Shown here in pieces: positions 59,920-64,000 of a stretch of 64,000 bases of DNA (its first letter is position 1; each line of letters starts with the position of its first letter). The notes beneath the pieces were generated by a model that worked only from the letters and a program-made list of their open reading frames with translations, did no database searches and was not told the origin of the DNA. Made by a program: the position numbers and the translations under genes. The stretch covers positions 1,259,053 to 1,323,052 of the forward strand of contig JAXGLO010000001.1 of NCBI GenBank assembly GCA_040769125.1, written 5' to 3'. Source of the DNA: Thermoleophilia bacterium. GTDB lineage: Bacteria; Actinomycetota; Thermoleophilia; UBA2241.

Positions 59920-60318
59920 ATGCAGTACACCATGATCCCCCGAAACAGGTATTCTCAGCGCCGCTTCAGGCATGCCCTGCGCGACCTCATGGAAGAGCGC
60001 CGCCTGAGCTACCGCCAGCTCGCCTACAAAACCAAGCTCTCCGCCGGCTACTTGAACCATCTGACCAAGGGTACCCGCCCGGTGCCGTCGGACGACGTGA
60101 TCCAGACTCTCGCCAACGCGCTCCTGGTGCGGCCGGACTACTTCCTGGAGTACCGTCTTCGCAAGGTCACCGAGGTCCTCGATGAGGAGCCGCTGCTCAC
60201 GGACACGCTCTACGCAATCCTTGTGCAGCACCAGCCGGTACCGTCGGATCTGGCGGATCTCCTGCAGAGCCCTCTGCGCCGCACCGACCTGCTGCCGACG
60301 GCCGCCGCCGGCTCCTGA
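59920..60318 (+). CDS. Helix-turn-helix (XRE-like) DNA-binding protein
   Basis: 133 aa from ATG 59920, preceded by a perfect AGGAGG SD. 'LSYRQLAYKTKLSAGYLNHLTKGTRPVPSDDVIQTLANAL' is a classic HTH_XRE layout. The ORF track's 59836 start is less likely. Confidence 0.5.
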   Translation: MQYTMIPRNRYSQRRFRHALRDLMEERRLSYRQLAYKTKLSAGYLNHLTKGTRPVPSDDVIQTLANALLVRPDYFLEYRLRKVTEVLDEEPLLTDTLYAILVQHQPVPSDLADLLQSPLRRTDLLPTAAAGS

Positions 60319-60773
60319 CACCACAGCCCGGCCGCCCAGAATTGCGGCTCAGAGCCGCCTGGCGGCATCGTCGATCGCGCCGCCTTCGCCACCGCCGCCA
60401 CACACCGCTACGCCTCAGCCTGCCGAGCGGCCGCGGCGTGCACAGCCCCATCGACGACCTGGTGGGAGAGAGGCAGTCTGCCTATCCCCAACCCTCAAGC
60501 CTGTGGCAGCGCCGAACACAGATAGCCGCGCCCGTCTGCGTTGTCGACGACATGTGCAGACCGCCTGCTTGTGATTCGGCGCAACAGAAGGGGTCAAGTG
60601 ACGGGGCGATGATGGACACAACCTCTGCGTCAGCTCCCGGCTGTCGCGAGCAGCAGCCCAGCTCATCGCGGCGCGGCCCCCTCCCGTCGCCTGACGTGAG
60701 GAGGCCGCGAGCATGAGCATGACGTGAGCGCAAAGCGCACAGGCAAGGCGCACGGCCGTGCCTTTGCCCACGA

Positions 60774-61769
60774 CTACTTGATCGTCAGCTTCTCGGCCTT
60801 CACCCTGCTGGCCCGGTTGCCGGCCAGGTCGGTGGCCTGCACGCACCAAGTGTAGCTGCCGCGCTTGAGGGTCGCCTTGAAGCGGTAGCTGAGCGCCTTG
60901 TTGGCGGCGACCCTGCCCAGGGGGATCCGCTTGACGATCTTGGCGCCCTTCCTGATCTCCAGCCGGGCGACCGCCTGACCGGAGCCGGGCAGGGCGTCGC
61001 TGATCCGGTAGCGCAGGGCTACCGTGCCGCGGTAGCGAACCGTGGCACGGTTCGCCGTGGTCGTCGGGGCGCGGCGGTCGATGCGCACAAGCGCCGTCTC
61101 CGCCGCCGAGCGGTTGCCGGCGTGGTCGCTGGCCCGGTAGAGCGCCTCGCTCTCACCCTCGCCGCTGACGACCAGCGCGTTGCCGTCCGTCCAGCTGTCG
61201 CCGCCGTCTGTCGAGTACTCGATGCTCTCGACGCCGGAGAGCGCATCGCTGGCTGAGAAGAGGAGCCAGGCGGGCCAGTTCTGCCAGGTGTCATCGGCGC
61301 CTGAGAGGTTGAGCTGCGGCGCGGTTGCGTCGATGCGCACTTGGCAGCTCTCGGTCTCGCCGAGGTTCCCGGCGTTGTCGACCGCCCGGTAGCGCAGCTC
61401 GTGGATGCCCTCGCCGTTCACCTCGACCGAGTCCCCGCTGGTCCAGGCGTCGCCGTCCAGCCGGTACTCGGTGCGGGCTACGCCGGAGCCCTCGTCGCTG
61501 CCGGTGAGGGTGACGGTGAGCGCCTCCCTGCGCCAGCCGGCGGGGGCGTCGCTGGCGCAGGTCGGTGGGGTCTCATCGAGGAGGATGGTGGCGCTGGCCG
61601 TGCAGCTGCCGACGCTGTTGCGGAACTCGGCCGCGACGGTCTTCTGGCCGTCGCCGGCCGGCAGGGTCCAGTAGCGGGAGGGCGTGTAGCTCGTCCAGGC
61701 GCTCCAGGCCTGCCCGCTGTTACGCAGCCGCATCTGCGTCGCCTCGCTGACTGCGGCGTTGAGGCGCAC
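60774..61769 (-). CDS. Secreted/cell-surface protein fragment with three Ig-like beta-sandwich repeats (OmpL47 / chitobiase-C-type, 'YRAxDxAGN ... IDxxAP' motifs); likely the C-terminal part of a frameshifted larger gene
   Basis: Repeats 'TEYRLDGDAWTSGDSVEVNGEGIHELRYRAVDNAGNLGE...RIDATAPQ', 'IEYSTDGGDSWTDG...LYRASDHAGNRS...RIDRRAPTT', and a third degenerate repeat ending 'CVQATDLAGNRASR'. No signal peptide. The reading frame stays open upstream into the FG-GAP ORF. Confidence 0.6.
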   Translation of the reverse strand: MRLNAAVSEATQMRLRNSGQAWSAWTSYTPSRYWTLPAGDGQKTVAAEFRNSVGSCTASATILLDETPPTCASDAPAGWRREALTVTLTGSDEGSGVARTEYRLDGDAWTSGDSVEVNGEGIHELRYRAVDNAGNLGETESCQVRIDATAPQLNLSGADDTWQNWPAWLLFSASDALSGVESIEYSTDGGDSWTDGNALVVSGEGESEALYRASDHAGNRSAAETALVRIDRRAPTTTANRATVRYRGTVALRYRISDALPGSGQAVARLEIRKGAKIVKRIPLGRVAANKALSYRFKATLKRGSYTWCVQATDLAGNRASRVKAEKLTIK

Positions 61770-61807
61770 CAGTCGCTTGTTGGTGGTCGCCTGCCCGCCG
61801 TCTGCGG

Positions 61808-62356
61808 TCAGCGTCCGGCCGGTGGGCTCCAGAGGCCGAGCAGTACGCTGACGGTGTTGCTGCTAGCGTTCGCCGTCACCAGATCCAGCTTGCCGTCGCC
61901 GTTGAGGTCGGCGGCAGCGACCGAGAGGGGTTTGCCGCCGACGTCGTAGTCGACCTTGTCCGCGAACGTCCCGTCACCGTTGCCGAGCAGCACGCTGACG
62001 TTGCCGTTGTTGATAAAGTTCGCCGTCACCAGGTCGAGCTTGCCGTCGCCGTTGAGGTCGGCGGCGGCGACCGAGGTGGGACTGCTGCCGACGTCGCAGA
62101 CGACCTGGTCCGCGAACGTCCCGTCACCGTTGCCGAGCAGCACGCTGACCTTGCCGTCGCCATAGTTCGCCGTCACCAAGTCCGGCTTGCCGTCGCCGTT
62201 GAGGTCGGCGACAACGACTGATTGGGGATTGTTGCCGACAGGGTACGGCTGAGCCGGGGCATAGCCCTGCGCTGCGGCGCGGCCGGCCGCGAAGGCGCCG
62301 CCGGCCGCCAGGGCGATCAGCAGCAGGACGAGGGCGTGGAGAGAGCGGCGTCTCAT
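61808..62356 (-). CDS. Secreted FG-GAP/VCBS-repeat protein (N-terminal part; probably contiguous with 60774..61769 via a frameshift)
   Basis: ATG 62356 preceded by an AAGGAGG SD. Signal peptide 'MRRRSLHALVLLLIALAAGGAFAAGRAAA'. Four repeats of 'ADLNGDGK(P/L)DLVTAN...VSVLLGNGDGTFAD'. The last repeat is broken ('VLLGLWSPPAGR*') exactly where the expected 'GNGDGTF' should continue. Confidence 0.65.
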   Translation of the reverse strand: MRRRSLHALVLLLIALAAGGAFAAGRAAAQGYAPAQPYPVGNNPQSVVVADLNGDGKPDLVTANYGDGKVSVLLGNGDGTFADQVVCDVGSSPTSVAAADLNGDGKLDLVTANFINNGNVSVLLGNGDGTFADKVDYDVGGKPLSVAAADLNGDGKLDLVTANASSNTVSVLLGLWSPPAGR

Positions 62357-62494
62357 GGCGACCTCCTTGTCGGCGACGTGACGGGGTGCCGGGCGGATAT
62401 ACACCTACGTAATCGTACACTTCCTGCTGTTCGGCAGCCAGGCTGAGAAGCCTGGGGAGCCGTTCCGCTGCGGCGCCGCGGCGGAACGGCGAAA

Positions 62495-62520
62495 GGCGCC
62501 CCCGGGAGGGCGCCCTTCGC
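62495..62520 (-). terminator. Hairpin GGCGCCC-ccggga-GGGCGCC followed by TTTCG on the minus strand
   Basis: Seen directly. Lies at the 3' side (minus-strand sense) of the truncated gene remnant. Confidence 0.3.
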
Positions 62521-62532
62521 GCGGTTCGGTTC

Positions 62533-62670
62533 CTTTGCCCACGACCGCCTGACCGCAGCCGGGCAGGCGGTCGCTGATCCGGTAGCGCAGGGTCACCGTG
62601 CGGCGGTAGCGGACCGTGGCGCCGTTCGCCGTGGTGGTCGGGGCGCGGCGGTCGATGCGCGCCTTGAAAC
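62533..62670 (-). pseudogene. Truncated paralogous remnant (~93% identical) of the 3' region of the 60774..61769 Ig-like gene
   Basis: 62546-62665 aligns with 60969-61090 with ~9 mismatches. 'cctttgcccacgac' (62533-62546) matches 60762-60775 (the sequence straddling the stop of copy 1). The intervening ~190 bp is deleted in the remnant. The encoded 'RIDRRAPTTTANGATVRYRRTVTLRYRISD' mirrors 'RIDRRAPTTTANRATVRYRGTVALRYRISD'. Confidence 0.55.
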
Positions 62671-63009
62671 CGGCCAAGAGCCGTTCAGTTGCAGACCGGC
62701 GCTGACAACCCATGCTCCGAACGAGCTGGGTGAGCCGCCCGAGCATCAGTCTGGAGCGGCTTTGCTCACGCGAGAGCCACCGCCCGACAGCCACCGGACA
62801 AGGCCTTTGTGCATCAGCGGCCCCTGGCGCATCAGCTATCTCGAGCGATGGCCGTTGCCGTGACGAACGCGCCGGGCGAAGCAGGAGCGGCTGCCGGTAA
62901 GCTGTTGACAGAGAGACGATGAAGCTAGCTGGACTCCTAAGGCGTCGCAGCTAGATGTAGCCGCGGCGCACGCAGCTTATCCGCGGTGCGTTGGCCGCAA
63001 CGCCGTTCC

Positions 63010-63939
63010 CTACGAGCCGTCAGGCAGCTCCGTGGACACCGCGCAGCGACCACTGCCAGACGGCGCGCACCAGCGGCACAGGTTCGCCGCGAGCACCTCA
63101 GGCAAGACCGCGACAAGGTCCGCCGCGTGCATCGCGGGAGTGGCGCCCATGACCTCGCCTGCCTTCCGGTTCGCGAGACACGCGCAGCGAGCCGCATCGA
63201 CGGTGGGAAAGCCGGCCGCCAGGAACGCCGCGGCAAGCCCGGTCACCGTGTCGCCGGTGCCGCCGATCGCTTCGAGCTCGGGCACGCAGGGATCAGTAAC
63301 CTCGTGCGCAACTACACCGTCCCTCGCGATCAGGTCGCGCGCGCCCTTCACGAGCAGCGTTCTCGCCGAGCCCCCGGTCTCGTGCGCACGCGTCACGAGC
63401 GTGACCGGGTCGAACGTCTCGGTACCGAAGAGGTACTGCGACACGTAGGCCGGATGGGTCACGTCCGGGTCCGCCAGAAAGCCGACCTCGCCGGCATCCG
63501 GGGTCATCAGCTCGAAGCGTGAGGCGAGGCCGGCAGCCTTTGCCGCGTACATCCCGCCCGCATCGGCCACGAGCAGCGCGTTGGGCGCGACTGCGGCGAG
63601 CCGATCGACCGCGCGACGCATGAGCGCCATGACCGGCTGCATGTAGTGCAACGCCACGACCGACGGCCTCAGCTCGCCGCGCACCGCGTCGACGAGCTCG
63701 CCGAAGACCGCCCTCGTGCCCTCACCGCGCCCGATGTCGCCGGCGACCAGCGCGTAGGGCGCCGCCGTGTCGAGATGCGACGTCACCTGCACCGCGGCGC
63801 CGAGCATCGCCGACGTGCCCTGCGCGCTGGGCACGGGCGCACCGCCGATCATCACTGTGCCGTCAGCGGCCATTGAGACCGGACCTTTGAGCACCGGCCC
63901 TCCGGATACGGGATAGGTAGCGACGACGAGCAGCGTCAT
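63010..63939 (-). CDS. YjeF-C-terminal-like (ribokinase-fold) protein; possible ADP/ATP-dependent NAD(P)HX dehydratase or small-molecule kinase
   Basis: 309 aa. 'LLVADAGGM', 'ELMTPDAGEVGFL', 'LLVKGARDLIA', 'IGGTGDTVTGLAAAFLAAG' align with the Nnr/YjeF_C motifs (lVlDADAL / LTPHpGEf / LKGa.t.i / GGsGDvLaG). No YjeF_N domain in this ORF. Start overlaps an upstream minus-strand gene (ATGA at 63937-63940). Confidence 0.5.
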   Translation of the reverse strand: MTLLVVATYPVSGGPVLKGPVSMAADGTVMIGGAPVPSAQGTSAMLGAAVQVTSHLDTAAPYALVAGDIGRGEGTRAVFGELVDAVRGELRPSVVALHYMQPVMALMRRAVDRLAAVAPNALLVADAGGMYAAKAAGLASRFELMTPDAGEVGFLADPDVTHPAYVSQYLFGTETFDPVTLVTRAHETGGSARTLLVKGARDLIARDGVVAHEVTDPCVPELEAIGGTGDTVTGLAAAFLAAGFPTVDAARCACLANRKAGEVMGATPAMHAADLVAVLPEVLAANLCRWCAPSGSGRCAVSTELPDGS

Positions 63940-64000
63940 TCGGCGGCTCCCTCGAGCCGGCGACGCGCCTCGAGGTAGGCCCGGTCCAGCATGAGGCCAC
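63937..64000 (-). CDS. 3' end of an unidentified minus-strand gene running off the window
   Basis: The minus-strand frame is open from the window edge to a TGA at 63937-63939 that overlaps the ATG of the YjeF_C-like gene. Confidence 0.3.

Noticed and set aside
56695-60324. 1209-aa minus-strand ORF spanning ispG, proS and the HTH gene
   Set aside because: It lies antisense to three well-supported + strand genes with clear family motifs. Long stop-free antisense frames are expected in 70% GC DNA. It has no motif and an Arg/Ala/Gly-rich composition.
62405-62794. 129-aa minus-strand ORF as an intact gene
   Set aside because: Its only recognisable segment is the truncated duplicate of the Ig-like repeat. 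The rest is composition-driven, with no start context. I treated it as a gene remnant.

Overview
High-GC (~70%) window, almost certainly from an actinobacterial chromosome. It is a nearly continuous, single-strand (+) block of core housekeeping genes. The gene order closely mirrors Mycobacterium/Streptomyces core synteny: aroC-aroK-aroB-aroQ-pepQ-efp-nusB, tlyA-nadK-recN-pyrG-xerD, rsmD-coaD, rnc-smc-ftsY-ffh-rpsP-rimM-trmD-rplS-lepB-rnhB-yraN-comM-dprA-xerC-whiG-rpsB-tsf-pyrH-frr-uppS-cdsA...dxr-rseP-ispG-proS. Many junctions are ATGA-type start/stop overlaps.

Set into this backbone are lineage-specific elements:
- A type IV pilus inner-membrane assembly operon (pilM-pilN-pilO plus a PilP-like fourth gene) at the 5' end.
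- A carboxyltransferase(5S)-biotin-carrier fusion gene sitting in the usual accB/accC slot between efp and nusB.
- A nucleoside-catabolism trio (deoB-punA-deoA).
- A stand-alone Pta-N-terminal-like (P-loop + DRTGG) regulatory-domain protein translationally coupled to plsX-acpP.
- Two non-canonical genes spliced into the isoprenoid/lipid cluster: a ~620-aa polytopic membrane protein between cdsA and dxr, and an NAD-dependent sugar epimerase wedged between rseP and ispG with 4-bp overlaps on both sides.

The last ~4 kb (after proS) changes character to an accessory-like region. It holds an XRE-type HTH gene, a 450-bp non-coding stretch, a minus-strand secreted FG-GAP/Ig-like repeat protein that appears split by a frameshift, a ~140-bp truncated paralogous copy of that gene's 3' end, and a stand-alone YjeF_C-like gene.

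I found no rRNA, tRNA, CRISPR, transposase or prophage signatures. The many long minus-strand ORFs opposite known genes are high-GC antisense artefacts.
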